This document shows, one piece after another, positions 50,586 to 60,551 of a stretch of DNA of 64,000 nt. The notes beneath the pieces were generated by a model, which ran no database searches, was not told where the DNA came from, and saw only the letters and a list, made by a program, of their open reading frames with translations. The translations under genes were made by a program, and so were the position numbers. How positions within the stretch are numbered: position 1 is the first letter of the stretch; each line of letters starts with the position of its first letter. Origin of the DNA: a bacterium. GTDB lineage: Bacteria > Zhuqueibacterota > Zhuqueibacteria > Residuimicrobiales > Krinioviventaceae. The stretch lies in the NCBI GenBank assembly GCA_963674595.2, contig CAXXFV010000006.1, positions 192,001 to 256,000 on the forward strand. Direction: 5' to 3'.

Positions 50586-51953
50586 TTAATAATTCAACGT
50601 CACGTCCTTTTCCCATTGTAAATATTCATCGGTCAATTGTTTCAAGAGTTCAGGGTGTTCATCCGCCAGATTCGTTGTTTCACCAATGTCTTTTGACAGG
50701 TCATACAACTCGGGTTCACTCTCACCGATCATACACAATTTCCATTTCCCTTTGCGAATGGCTTTTTCATCGTCCATTTTCCAGCAGACTGCCCGTTTCG
50801 GCAGAGGTTTACTATTGAATAACAACGGACCAATATCAGTACCATCGAATTTGAGATTATTGGGAATGTCTGCCTTTGTCAGTTGTGCGCAGGTGGGTAA
50901 CATATCCATGGTCATCACAATTTCATCAGAGGTCGTACCGGCTTTAATTTTTCCGGGCCACCAGGCAATAAAAGGCACACGATGACCGCCTTCATACACT
51001 TCTGTTTTTTGTCCTCTGAGCGGACCGTTACTTGATATGTTAAAATGGGTATCACTATAGTGAATATAGCCGCCATTGTCGGAGGTAAAAATAACCAGCG
51101 TGTTATCCTGTAAATTTAAACGCTTTAACGTATTTATAATTTTTCCCACGCCTGTGTCGACTGATTCAACCATTGCTTTAATATGCGGGCTTATATTATT
51201 TCTATCAGGGATGATACCCCACTTGTCCTGCGAATATTCTTTACCTTCAACCCGGTGCGGCGGATCATCCGGTCCCTGCCACGGAAAATGGATGGAGAGG
51301 TGGGCAACATATAGAAAAAAGGGTCCGCCTTTATGCCTTTTTATAAAATCAATACTATGGTCTGTAATCAGTTCCGTACTGTAGCCCTGTTCCATTTTGA
51401 GTGTATCCTTGTTCCACCAGTCTTTGCGGCCCCAGCGGTCGATATGCGTGTGGTGATCTCCGTCGCCGGCCCCTAATCCTATAAACTCGTCGAATCCCTG
51501 ATTTGACGGCAAAAAAGGCTGGTGATAACCCAAATGCCATTTACCGTACATGCCGGTTGCATAGCCTGCCTGTTTTAAAACTTCCGCAATGGTAACAGCC
51601 TCCAAAGGTAAACCATCATCATAATCGGTTTTACCGGATATGGCACTTTCAAATTTTTTCCCAAACCGGTGCTGATACATTCCGGTCATTAAGGAAGCGC
51701 GTGTGGGTGTGCACATGGGACCGTTGGAATGATAATCAGTAAACAAAACACCTTCATGTGCCAGTTTATCAATATTCGGGGTTTTGTTTATTTGGGAACC
51801 ATAACAGCCAATATCACCATAGCCCAAATCATCGATCATGATAAATACGATGTTTGGCTTTTGAGAATTGTTTTTTTTACTGCATCCCGGCAGGGCCAGT
51901 GAAAGGGAGGATAAACCAATTTGTTTGAGAAAATTTCGACGCGTAGAATACAT
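50586..51953 (-). CDS. Tat-exported arylsulfatase (S1, Cys-type)
   Basis: Start MYSTRRNFLK follows CAGGAG. PNIVFIMIDDLGYGD, CTPTRASLMTG, GKWHLG, FTSDNG. Confidence 0.92.
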   Translation of the reverse strand: MYSTRRNFLKQIGLSSLSLALPGCSKKNNSQKPNIVFIMIDDLGYGDIGCYGSQINKTPNIDKLAHEGVLFTDYHSNGPMCTPTRASLMTGMYQHRFGKKFESAISGKTDYDDGLPLEAVTIAEVLKQAGYATGMYGKWHLGYHQPFLPSNQGFDEFIGLGAGDGDHHTHIDRWGRKDWWNKDTLKMEQGYSTELITDHSIDFIKRHKGGPFFLYVAHLSIHFPWQGPDDPPHRVEGKEYSQDKWGIIPDRNNISPHIKAMVESVDTGVGKIINTLKRLNLQDNTLVIFTSDNGGYIHYSDTHFNISSNGPLRGQKTEVYEGGHRVPFIAWWPGKIKAGTTSDEIVMTMDMLPTCAQLTKADIPNNLKFDGTDIGPLLFNSKPLPKRAVCWKMDDEKAIRKGKWKLCMIGESEPELYDLSKDIGETTNLADEHPELLKQLTDEYLQWEKDVTLNY

Positions 51954-52029
51954 ACATTTCTCCTGTAGCTGCTGGTAATATTTTTTTACCTGTTTAACAG
52001 GATGAGTATAGTTTATTAGTCGTAAAGAA

Positions 52030-53424
52030 TTATTGCTTTTTCCATATAGGGCCGCCGGTGTATTTTTTGCCGACCGGATAACGTTCACTGGGAACAGTGG
52101 CTGTTTGCATGATTTTTTCAATTTGTTGAACGATATCAGGGTGTTTGTCAGCGATATTGTGATTTTCTCCGATATCATTATCCAAATCATAAAGTTGTAC
52201 AGGATTTCCCTGACCTTCACAAATACCTTTCCATTTTCCCATACGTACGGCCTGGTCGTAGCGGTCCCGGCAAAAACCATAATCCCAATATAAATATGGA
52301 TGCGGATTTTTCACTTTTCCACCCAAAAGCGCACTGACAACAGATGTACCGTCGATCCTGTCCGGAGCCTGTACACCCGCCAGTTCTGCAAATGAAGACA
52401 TCATGTCCTGAAAAGTTATAATTTCGTTGCTTACTGTACCGGCTGGTACTGTTCCCGGCCAACGGGCAATAAAAGGCACACGAATGCCTCCTTCGGTCAG
52501 ATTGCGTTTATATCCACAAAGAGGGCCGTTGGTATCAAATTCTTTCCAGATTGTTTCATGTCCGCCGTTGTCGCTGGTGAAAATAATCAGTGTATTTTTT
52601 GTTAATCCCAGGTCGTCAACACGTTTCACAATACGGCCAACGTCACGGTCCAGCATGTGTACCATGGCAGCATATTTTTTGGATTTCTCGTCCCAGTTTT
52701 TATCGCTATAGGGTTCGGTAGACGGCACGGCAAATCCATCTTTGTCCTCTTCCTCTGAGGAAAAGTGGGGTAATGTATAAGCAGCATACAGAAAAAAGGG
52801 GCCGTCTTTTGATTCATTAATGAATTGCAGAGCGCGTTCAGTCATCAAGTTATGACTGTAATGTTCACGGGATTGGCTGTTGCCTGTAAGCTCAAGGCGG
52901 CCATCATTATCATCCAGATATTCTGTGTAATAATAATGAGCGTGGTCCTGGTTCAGATAACCGAACCACATATCAAATCCCTTGTTTGTTGCACGTCCGA
53001 CAGTCCCGGCGTCTCCCAAAGACCATTTACCGACGCCGCCGCAGCGGTAACCTGCCTGTTTTAAGAGCTCGGCAATGGTCAGATCATTCTCCTGAAGATA
53101 GGTATGATAATGCGGAATATTGTCGCGGGCCGCCCCGTGGCCGTTATGCAGGCCTGTCATGAGCACACAACGCGATGGTGCGCATACCGGCGCCCCGGCA
53201 TAGGCCTGCGTGAAGCGTATGCCTTCACCGGCCAGTTTGTCGATATTGGGCGTTTTTATAAGCTTTTGTCCGTAACTCCCCAAATCACCATAGCCCAAAT
53301 CATCTGCCATGATAAAAATGATATTTGGTTTGGAATTTAATGTCCCGGATTTATTGGAAACCTGACAGGCAGCCGGCAAAACAGACAGGCCGGGTAATGT
53401 TTTTAAAAATTTTCTGCGGTCCAT
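52030..53424 (-). CDS. Tat-exported arylsulfatase (S1, Cys-type)
   Basis: MDRRKFLK, PNIIFIMADDLGYGD, CAPSRCVLMTG, FTSDNG, EGGIRVP. Confidence 0.92.
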   Translation of the reverse strand: MDRRKFLKTLPGLSVLPAACQVSNKSGTLNSKPNIIFIMADDLGYGDLGSYGQKLIKTPNIDKLAGEGIRFTQAYAGAPVCAPSRCVLMTGLHNGHGAARDNIPHYHTYLQENDLTIAELLKQAGYRCGGVGKWSLGDAGTVGRATNKGFDMWFGYLNQDHAHYYYTEYLDDNDGRLELTGNSQSREHYSHNLMTERALQFINESKDGPFFLYAAYTLPHFSSEEEDKDGFAVPSTEPYSDKNWDEKSKKYAAMVHMLDRDVGRIVKRVDDLGLTKNTLIIFTSDNGGHETIWKEFDTNGPLCGYKRNLTEGGIRVPFIARWPGTVPAGTVSNEIITFQDMMSSFAELAGVQAPDRIDGTSVVSALLGGKVKNPHPYLYWDYGFCRDRYDQAVRMGKWKGICEGQGNPVQLYDLDNDIGENHNIADKHPDIVQQIEKIMQTATVPSERYPVGKKYTGGPIWKKQ

Positions 53425-53720
53425 GTTATACTCTCTTGTTTAAAAAAGGTTAACGGGTCCGGTTAATGGAGAGGGGAGACCTGTAAATTTTTCCCAATAT
53501 TATCATTCCATTGTAGGAAAATACCTGAAAAAAATCAAGGTGAAAGAGATATTTATTATTGCTCTAATCTTATAAATGTGATTTTTTATTTTACTCTATT
53601 TATCCAATTAGGGGACAATTTTCTCAAATAAAAAATTATAATAAAACTATTTTGATAAACAATAATAAATATTTATTTTAACAAAACGGGAACGCTCAGA
53701 ACAGTTATGAGGTTAATGAC

Positions 53721-55298
53721 ATGTTTAAATTGACTCTCCGCCCTGAATTGTCTTTTCCAAATGCTATTATTATGACGATTTTGTTTTTGGGATTTTGTAC
53801 TTTTTGCGGATGGCTTTGGCAGCGATATGGACCCAAAAAATACGCACATCTTTTCCTTAACCTTCTTTTGACTTTGCTTGGCATCATCTTTATCGTCGGG
53901 ATGATTTTCGGCAGTGCCCTGACCCATGATGAAATTGAACATGCCCATGCGGGCTGGCTTGTATATAAAGGACTGATCCCGTTTACCGATTTTTTCCAAC
54001 ATCACAATCCGGTTTTGTGGATCATCCTCGCCCCGTTGTTCAAAAGCTCATTCATTTCCAATAATATATTTTTATTCGTACGAATTTTAGCCACATGCTG
54101 CAGTCTGGTTTCTGTTCTTATTCTGGTACAAATGACAAAATATGTCTGGCAGGATAAAAAGGCTGTTTTGCTCATGTTCCTGTTTGTTATGAGCATTACC
54201 TTTTATCATAACCTGAATCTTTTTCGTCCGGATGTTTTTAGCAATGTTTTTAATCTGGCCGCTTTTTACTTGCTGCTTACAAGAAACCAAAAATATTGGG
54301 CCTGTTTTTTAGCCGGTTTGTGTTTGGGAATTTCCCTGTCCTTTTCTCCAAAATCTTTACCGCTTGTCGTCGTCTTGCCCCTGCTGAGTGTCATTGATTA
54401 TAAAAAGTTTGTGTATTTCATCCCCCGAAATATTGTTCATTTTTCCGGAATCCTGGCAGGGCTGGCACCATTGATTCTATGGCTAAAAAGTCATCAGTTA
54501 TTTCAATCGTTTTATTATTGGGTGTTTCACTTTAATTTGGAAGGAAAGGACCTGCTAGGAAAAAAGATCCAGTTAGATGTGGACATTCTTTTTCTGTTAA
54601 TCACACTGGTTGGAATTTATTTTTTATTTAAATCAAACGAACAGAGGAAAAAACAGTCAGGGAAAATTCTTTCTATTTTTCTAATTGTTTCCGCAATCAC
54701 CTTTTTAAAACCATACCAGTACCCCTGTGAATATTATCAACAGATGTTTTTTCTGGTGGCGGCTGTTGCTGCATCCGGCGCTTTGCTTGTTATCATAAGG
54801 ACCTGGTTTACAGGTAAAAAAGCGTTCCTGTTATTTCCTCTTATCGGACTGTTGATTTGGCCGAGTTTGCATAATCTGCAAGCCGGATTACGGTCAAAGC
54901 GTTTTTTTATTTTTAACAAACAATTTCAAAACCTTCAAAAAATAGCCCGGGATGAAACGGTGATATGCTGTCCGCCGGCACACCCGGTAACAAATTTTGA
55001 CGCTGTTGATGTTACCAATGGCTGGGAATTTATACGCTGGTTGTCCATTCCGGTTATTCAGGAAAGAGTGAGGCCAAATTTCATTGAAAAAGTTATCTTA
55101 TCTAAACCGGCTGTTATTATGAACAAACCCCAGGACATCGGCATTGTTCAACATCTGCAAAAGAATAAAATCATTACGCCTGAAGAAGCTGCTTTTTTAA
55201 AAGAATATTTATCGACGAATTACCATTTAACCCATTTCGATGAACACCTTATGTGGGTCAGAAATGACAGGTATGAATGGTATCAATTAAATAAATGA
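53721..55298 (+). CDS. ArnT/PMT-like (GT-C fold) membrane glycosyltransferase
   Basis: About 12 TM segments; loop motif DEIEHAHAGW...G.IPF.DFFQHHNP; RPD. Confidence 0.72.
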   Translation: MFKLTLRPELSFPNAIIMTILFLGFCTFCGWLWQRYGPKKYAHLFLNLLLTLLGIIFIVGMIFGSALTHDEIEHAHAGWLVYKGLIPFTDFFQHHNPVLWIILAPLFKSSFISNNIFLFVRILATCCSLVSVLILVQMTKYVWQDKKAVLLMFLFVMSITFYHNLNLFRPDVFSNVFNLAAFYLLLTRNQKYWACFLAGLCLGISLSFSPKSLPLVVVLPLLSVIDYKKFVYFIPRNIVHFSGILAGLAPLILWLKSHQLFQSFYYWVFHFNLEGKDLLGKKIQLDVDILFLLITLVGIYFLFKSNEQRKKQSGKILSIFLIVSAITFLKPYQYPCEYYQQMFFLVAAVAASGALLVIIRTWFTGKKAFLLFPLIGLLIWPSLHNLQAGLRSKRFFIFNKQFQNLQKIARDETVICCPPAHPVTNFDAVDVTNGWEFIRWLSIPVIQERVRPNFIEKVILSKPAVIMNKPQDIGIVQHLQKNKIITPEEAAFLKEYLSTNYHLTHFDEHLMWVRNDRYEWYQLNK

Positions 55299-55307
55299 TA
55301 TGATTTT

Positions 55308-55335
55308 GTAGAGGCGTAAAATATTATGTCTCTAC
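55308..55335. repeat. GTAG-type REP-like palindrome, copy 1
   Basis: GTAGAGGCGTAAAATATTATGTCTCTAC forms a 12-bp stem with G:T wobbles. Confidence 0.7.
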
Positions 55336-55415
55336 CGGGATGCCATCTCTGTGCACCGGTAGTGTAATCTGATATATATTTTTATTATGGGTAAAAATTT
55401 TACAGCGTGTAAATT

Positions 55416-56030
55416 TTAATAGGAAACCCGGTACCAATTTTCTTCCAGTTTTTTATTGGTATCCATATTTAGTGGCGATAATGTTCTTTCATCCAATTCT
55501 TTAATTTCTTTTGGATCATTGGTATATACAAACGCTGAATAATGATCCAGAAATCCATTGTTTATATAAAACTCTATTTTATATTTGTTGTCAGGGGTTT
55601 TGTCTATGGATATTATATTTCCCCCGTTTGATATTGGAGGAAACTTCCAGGAGTCTAATTTACAACCAGAATTACTATCAACCATATTGGGTGTTAGTTC
55701 ACCTGACATTACTTTATAAACGATCTCTTTTCGTGTATCTTTCCGCAAATGCCAATCGATTTTTTCAATCAAATCTGGACCCCAAAACAGCGTTAAAGTT
55801 CCAATGAGGATAATTAAAACCACGCGTGTTATATGGAATTTTGATCTTACCTTACCATTGTCGCTTAATGCTACAATTAATAAAAAATATGTAATAATCA
55901 CCCCAACAGCAATGTACAGCATCATTATGATGAATACTAATCCAAATGAAGAATAATACATGACAGGCGCCTGGATTATAACGGAAATGAGTAAAATAAT
56001 CGTCAGTATATTGTATATTTTTGTTTTCAT
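55416..56030 (-). CDS. Hypothetical membrane protein (3 TM plus a soluble domain)
   Basis: Three N-terminal hydrophobic segments; C-terminal GFLDHYSAFVYTND...NWYRV. Confidence 0.7.
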   Translation of the reverse strand: MKTKIYNILTIILLISVIIQAPVMYYSSFGLVFIIMMLYIAVGVIITYFLLIVALSDNGKVRSKFHITRVVLIILIGTLTLFWGPDLIEKIDWHLRKDTRKEIVYKVMSGELTPNMVDSNSGCKLDSWKFPPISNGGNIISIDKTPDNKYKIEFYINNGFLDHYSAFVYTNDPKEIKELDERTLSPLNMDTNKKLEENWYRVSY

Positions 56031-56070
56031 TTAATGTTCTATTGTTTATTCACTTTTTAATAGGTTGGGG

Positions 56071-56098
56071 TTAGAGACGCGATTCATCTTGTCTATAC
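56071..56098. repeat. GTAG-type REP-like palindrome, copy 2 (degenerate)
   Basis: TTAGAGACGCGATTCATCTTGTCTATAC. The downstream CGGGAAACCATTTCAGTG resembles the CGGGATGCCATCTCTGTG that follows copy 1. Confidence 0.6.
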
Positions 56099-56200
56099 CG
56101 GGAAACCATTTCAGTGTATCATTAATCGGGTGTTTGCCCCGATATTGTATGTTAATATTAATTTTTTTTATGATTTGGACCAGGGTATCCGGTCAAATTA

Positions 56201-56223
56201 GTAGATGCACGGCCGTGCGTCTC
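56201..56223. repeat. GTAG-type REP-like palindrome, copy 3
   Basis: GTAGATGCACGGCCGTGCGTCTC; stem AGATGCACGG / CCGTGCGTCT. Confidence 0.6.
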
Positions 56224-56368
56224 AATCACGATATTGTAATTAATATTAGGTTTGAACTTGATTGTATTATTATTGTAACGTATCGTTTGATAATGATGGT
56301 TTATATCTGTAAAGGAAGTTTTTTCTCTTTTTAAACCTGATGTCGGAATCTCTAAGTGATAAATTTTG

Positions 56369-57337
56369 TTAATTTCTATTTTGATTATAATTTATGTTTA
56401 AAATATCATTAAAACTTCCTCTTAATTCTAATCCAGGATTTATCATTTTATTTTTACCAGCTTTTTCAATTAAATTCGAAAGATCAATTATAATTTTTTC
56501 ATTATTAATTAACTCACCACTTTTTTTACCATTAATGTAAAATTCGATTTGAAATTCTTCAAAAATAATTGATTTTTTAACTAATCTGCCTGGATCAGTA
56601 AAAGGAATACAAAATTTTATCTGATTATAATATGCTAATTTATCAAGTTGTTCGCCTAGGGGAGCAGTACCTGGTTGAACTTCTAAGGTATTTTCAAATA
56701 TTGCTGTATAATTATTTAAAGTTTTAAAATTAATTTTAAAAGCACAAAAATTTATATCAGGTAATCTATGCATGTTGTCACTCCACCTAAGATAAATTAA
56801 AGCATTTGGAGAGTTTAAAAATCCTGGATATGGACTTCCAGTCCAATTGCCAGAGAATTTAATCCTAACTGAAGCATGAAAGCTTCTAATTGTTTTTTGT
56901 TCATATAACAAATCATTACTCAATGTTTCTAATTTTCGTCCTCCAGATAGGATTTTTTTATCTAACTCATCTAACCTTATTTTTAATTTGTTTAGTGCTT
57001 GATTATTATCCAAATTGGGATAAATGTCTCTAGCTAAATCGAGAAAAGGCTTAATTTGAAATTTTAAAGTGTCACTGTTAGATTTAATATATTCAAGAGT
57101 CGTATAAGCTTCATTTAGTTGATTATTGAGATTTGAAATTTTTTCATTTTTATCTATTTCATCTATCCAAGTAATATAGACACCCAAAATTAATATAAAG
57201 ATGGTTATAACAATTAGTATATTTCTTGCATATTTAAACGATTTTTTTCGTTTATCTTGCCATTTGTATTCTATAAATAAGGCTAATAAGGCTGAGCCAC
57301 CAATTAAAAATTGAGTTATTATTTTTAAACTGATCAT
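56369..57337 (-). CDS. AT-rich hypothetical protein: 2 TM helices, coiled coil, C-terminal beta-rich domain
   Basis: ATG at 57337 is preferred over the TTG at 57406, which lies in a hairpin. Two hydrophobic segments are followed by a heptad-like region. Confidence 0.68.
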   Translation of the reverse strand: MISLKIITQFLIGGSALLALFIEYKWQDKRKKSFKYARNILIVITIFILILGVYITWIDEIDKNEKISNLNNQLNEAYTTLEYIKSNSDTLKFQIKPFLDLARDIYPNLDNNQALNKLKIRLDELDKKILSGGRKLETLSNDLLYEQKTIRSFHASVRIKFSGNWTGSPYPGFLNSPNALIYLRWSDNMHRLPDINFCAFKINFKTLNNYTAIFENTLEVQPGTAPLGEQLDKLAYYNQIKFCIPFTDPGRLVKKSIIFEEFQIEFYINGKKSGELINNEKIIIDLSNLIEKAGKNKMINPGLELRGSFNDILNINYNQNRN

Positions 57338-57457
57338 TTGTGTTGTTAATAGTTTTTGTAGTAAATTAACGAAATAGTTTTCCGCATAGATTTCGTGGAT
57401 AATCAATGCAGATATTTAGTATGCTAATATTATCAACTCAACTATTTCATTCTTAAT

Positions 57458-58156
57458 TCATTCCTTGTAATAATTTTTATAGCTTTGTTCAAAATCGTAT
57501 AACGTGCCTGCTGTTGTTCTATCTTTAAAGTACCTAATAATCCATTGATAGTTATTCCAATTATTATAATTGTAAGTTCTTGAACAATCTTCGATTTTAT
57601 CAATTTTGTTCAAACATTTAAAGATAAAGTCAAACATTTCTTGTCCATGAATATATTTGAACTTACATCCGTCCCATTCTTCAAGTGATGGGCAAAAAAA
57701 GACAAATTTTATATTAAATCGTGCATATGAAGTTTCTAATTCTATTGTTGGAAATCCAACAAAATTTCTATTTCTGTGAATATTCAAATATGATTCGAAT
57801 TTTTCAAGAAAAGAATTATCATATTTATCTTGAAGGCCAATCCAGTTTATTAGTTTTTCAATACATTCCCTATTTTTTCTTATCGGACTGAATTTTATAT
57901 CGTTTCTCTTTTTATAATTTTTGCAATCACCAATTATCATTTGAATTTTATCTTTGGAAACTTCAAGAATCGGACTTGTTCCAACTTTTCTATCATTTTG
58001 TGAATGATATGGCAATCTGATTCCTATAATATCCAATTCCCCACAAGACTGACCGTTTTTATCTGAATGAATAATAAGGTTTTGAACTATAAAGCCGTTT
58101 AGTCTAAGATACAGACGGGATAATTCTTCTAATACGCTGTCAAATTCTTTATCCAT
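57458..58156 (-). CDS. AT-rich protein with a PD-(D/E)xK restriction-endonuclease-like motif
   Basis: N-terminal helix E...RLYLRLNGF, then GELDIIGIR and MIIGDCK, matching the E..D..(D/E)xK arrangement. Confidence 0.6.
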   Translation of the reverse strand: MDKEFDSVLEELSRLYLRLNGFIVQNLIIHSDKNGQSCGELDIIGIRLPYHSQNDRKVGTSPILEVSKDKIQMIIGDCKNYKKRNDIKFSPIRKNRECIEKLINWIGLQDKYDNSFLEKFESYLNIHRNRNFVGFPTIELETSYARFNIKFVFFCPSLEEWDGCKFKYIHGQEMFDFIFKCLNKIDKIEDCSRTYNYNNWNNYQWIIRYFKDRTTAGTLYDFEQSYKNYYKE

Positions 58157-58405
58157 AATTTTAGAGCTAACCTTTTTAGTCCAGATAATAGGTAGTTTAG
58201 AATTAATTGTTTAAATTGTGAAAATACAAATGAAGTATCTATTATCAAAAACCCAAAGATAAAAATTGTAAATCCATCCAGATTTCTTTCAGAACATCCC
58301 ACAAATTTCCGACAATTCTGAAAACAAAACTTTATGTGTTGTAATAAATTAATAATACAAAAAAATCGACACCACCGCAAGTGCTATTTACGAAAAATGA
58401 AAATA

Positions 58406-58433
58406 GCAGAGACGCGATTTATCGCGCCTCTGC
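58406..58433. repeat. GTAG-type REP-like palindrome, copy 4
   Basis: GCAGAGACGCGATTTATCGCGCCTCTGC forms a 13-bp stem with one mismatch. Confidence 0.72.
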
Positions 58434-58476
58434 CAAAATATATTCAACATATTGTAATTATTAGAATTGATTTGTG

Positions 58477-60483
58477 CTATTTAATCCACTTGTTATTGAT
58501 CGGGCCCATTTCGTTTAATGGAATGGGCTGCAGACCGTATTGCTTCAGGACATCTTTATTACATAAATCCTTAATACTTTTACCATCTGCCTGAATAGTT
58601 GTATTGTTTTTGTAGCGGTTGACCCGGTCTTCGTCCCGGATAATCTCCTGGTTGCAATCCACAACCAGGTTGTTTTGCACGGTATTGACATTCAGGTTTG
58701 CATTTATGTCCCGTAAAACCGGATACCTTTGCTGATAGAGCGGGGAATTAATGTCCACCTCTTCATATAATCTTTTTTGGGTTACAGGATCATTCATATG
58801 ATTCAACCAGCGTTCCATGTCCCATCTGGAAAAACTATAGGCTCCATAACAATTGTAGAAGAGGTTGTTTTCGATCAAATTTTCTTTGCCGCCGTGGACC
58901 TGCACAGCGCCGAAAATAACACTGCCGCAATTTTCAAACACGTTGCCGTATATCAGTACCCCGGAGATCATATCGTCCAGCCGCACCCCGGCTGATCCGC
59001 AAATTCCGTCTTTGCCGTTTATGTCGGTCCATCGGTTATAGCGAATAATATTACCCTGATAGGACAAGTTATACCACATATCCAGACCGCCCTGATCGTC
59101 TGATTCGTTCACCACATCACTGATTTCATTATATTCGATTACATGTTCGTTACCTTCCACACGCAGGGCAGAGGAGGAAGAGTGCCGGAAACGATTGTGG
59201 CTCATTCGGTGTCCGCATCCATTAACAAGAATAGCCGGTTCATAGGTGCGTCTGAAAAGTGAAAAATTTTCTATCACTGTGTTTTCAACAAACGTGCCGG
59301 AGGGCGTGAGCGTTCTGCGGTCGCCGCCGTCAAGCACAACACCGCCGTTTCCAAAAGAGTTTAAAAAACAACCCTGAATACCGTGTCCGGTACCGCCGTC
59401 GATATGAATACCTTCGTTGCCGAACCGTTCCAGGCGGCAGTCCGCTATCAGACAATTTTCTCCGCCTTTGATCAATATGCCGTTGCCCCGGCTCTCCAGA
59501 AATGATAAACCTTTGAGTGTCAGATTTTTGACGTTTTTAATTTCAACCATATAGGGCGCATTAAAAATTGTCAACGTTACTTTAGCCTGTTCCGGATTTA
59601 TACCTTCCGGCGGGTACCAGTACAACTTACTTTCACTCCGGTCCAGATACCACTCTGTGGGTTGGTCGATTTCACAAAACAGGTTTACCCCGTAATAACG
59701 GAGTGAATCTTTATAGCCGTAATTATGATAAGGCTCTTGCAGGTATATTGTATTTTTTACCGGGTCGATTTTATCGATTTTCTGGTACTCTTCTTTCCAG
59801 TCCCAATACCAGTAACCTTCGGCACATGGTTCTTTTTCCTGTGCCCAGCGGTCCTGACGTGCATCCATATATTCGAAAATACCTTCTTTTGTTCTTCTTT
59901 CTTTAGTATAGCCTAAGGGCATTGGCGTTTTGCCGCGTATTTCACCTGATCTGGTAAAACCTGAATTGGGCCAGTGGGCCAGGGTTTGCAATTGTCCGTT
60001 GCAGACAAGGTCGGGCCTGTTGCCGTCCACAACCGGATCACCAAAATCAGATATTTCGGCCTTACTCAGGTCTGTTACATAAATTTTATCCTTAACAGCC
60101 GGATCGAGCAGGCTGAGTTTATTCTCATCTTTCAGGACCTGCCAATTTTGGAGCGCTTTACTTCCCGTAAAAACCGGCTCTTCATTTTTATAAGCCCTGT
60201 AAACAACCGGAGTTTTGCCGCTGTCCGTATCCATTGCATTAAACAACATGGCATTGTTTAAGGTATAAACACCGCCCCGGATATTCACAATAATGGGTTC
60301 ACCGGGCTTTTGTTTTTGCATGGTTTGTACTAATTCCTGTGCTTTTGCAATCGTTAATAGTGGGTGCCCCTTGGTCCCGTCGTTGGAATCGTTTCCCGAT
60401 GCAGAGATGTAAATATTATTTTTCTGACTACAAGAGGTAATCAGAAAGAGACCCAACACGAACAACAGCCATCTGATTTTCAT
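58477..60483 (-). CDS. Right-handed beta-helix lipoprotein (single-module homolog of 18874-23286)
   Basis: Lipobox ITSC; ISASGNDSNDGT..HP, LAHWPN, EIDQPTEWY, DQGG, GNIIRYN, VRLDD. Confidence 0.85.
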   Translation of the reverse strand: MKIRWLLFVLGLFLITSCSQKNNIYISASGNDSNDGTKGHPLLTIAKAQELVQTMQKQKPGEPIIVNIRGGVYTLNNAMLFNAMDTDSGKTPVVYRAYKNEEPVFTGSKALQNWQVLKDENKLSLLDPAVKDKIYVTDLSKAEISDFGDPVVDGNRPDLVCNGQLQTLAHWPNSGFTRSGEIRGKTPMPLGYTKERRTKEGIFEYMDARQDRWAQEKEPCAEGYWYWDWKEEYQKIDKIDPVKNTIYLQEPYHNYGYKDSLRYYGVNLFCEIDQPTEWYLDRSESKLYWYPPEGINPEQAKVTLTIFNAPYMVEIKNVKNLTLKGLSFLESRGNGILIKGGENCLIADCRLERFGNEGIHIDGGTGHGIQGCFLNSFGNGGVVLDGGDRRTLTPSGTFVENTVIENFSLFRRTYEPAILVNGCGHRMSHNRFRHSSSSALRVEGNEHVIEYNEISDVVNESDDQGGLDMWYNLSYQGNIIRYNRWTDINGKDGICGSAGVRLDDMISGVLIYGNVFENCGSVIFGAVQVHGGKENLIENNLFYNCYGAYSFSRWDMERWLNHMNDPVTQKRLYEEVDINSPLYQQRYPVLRDINANLNVNTVQNNLVVDCNQEIIRDEDRVNRYKNNTTIQADGKSIKDLCNKDVLKQYGLQPIPLNEMGPINNKWIK

Positions 60484-60551
60484 TATTATTCCTTTCGTAA
60501 AGTATTTTGTAAATGCCGGTTTGTATCATTCAGGACATTATTTTTAATATA

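Noticed and set aside
51954-52280. 109-aa N-terminal extension of the sulfatase in the ORF track (50586..52280)
   Set aside because: It overlaps the upstream sulfatase in another frame. The Tat signal and RBS place the start at 51953.
55308-58433. CRISPR array from the palindromic repeats
   Set aside because: The copies are degenerate, irregularly spaced by whole genes, and there are no cas genes.
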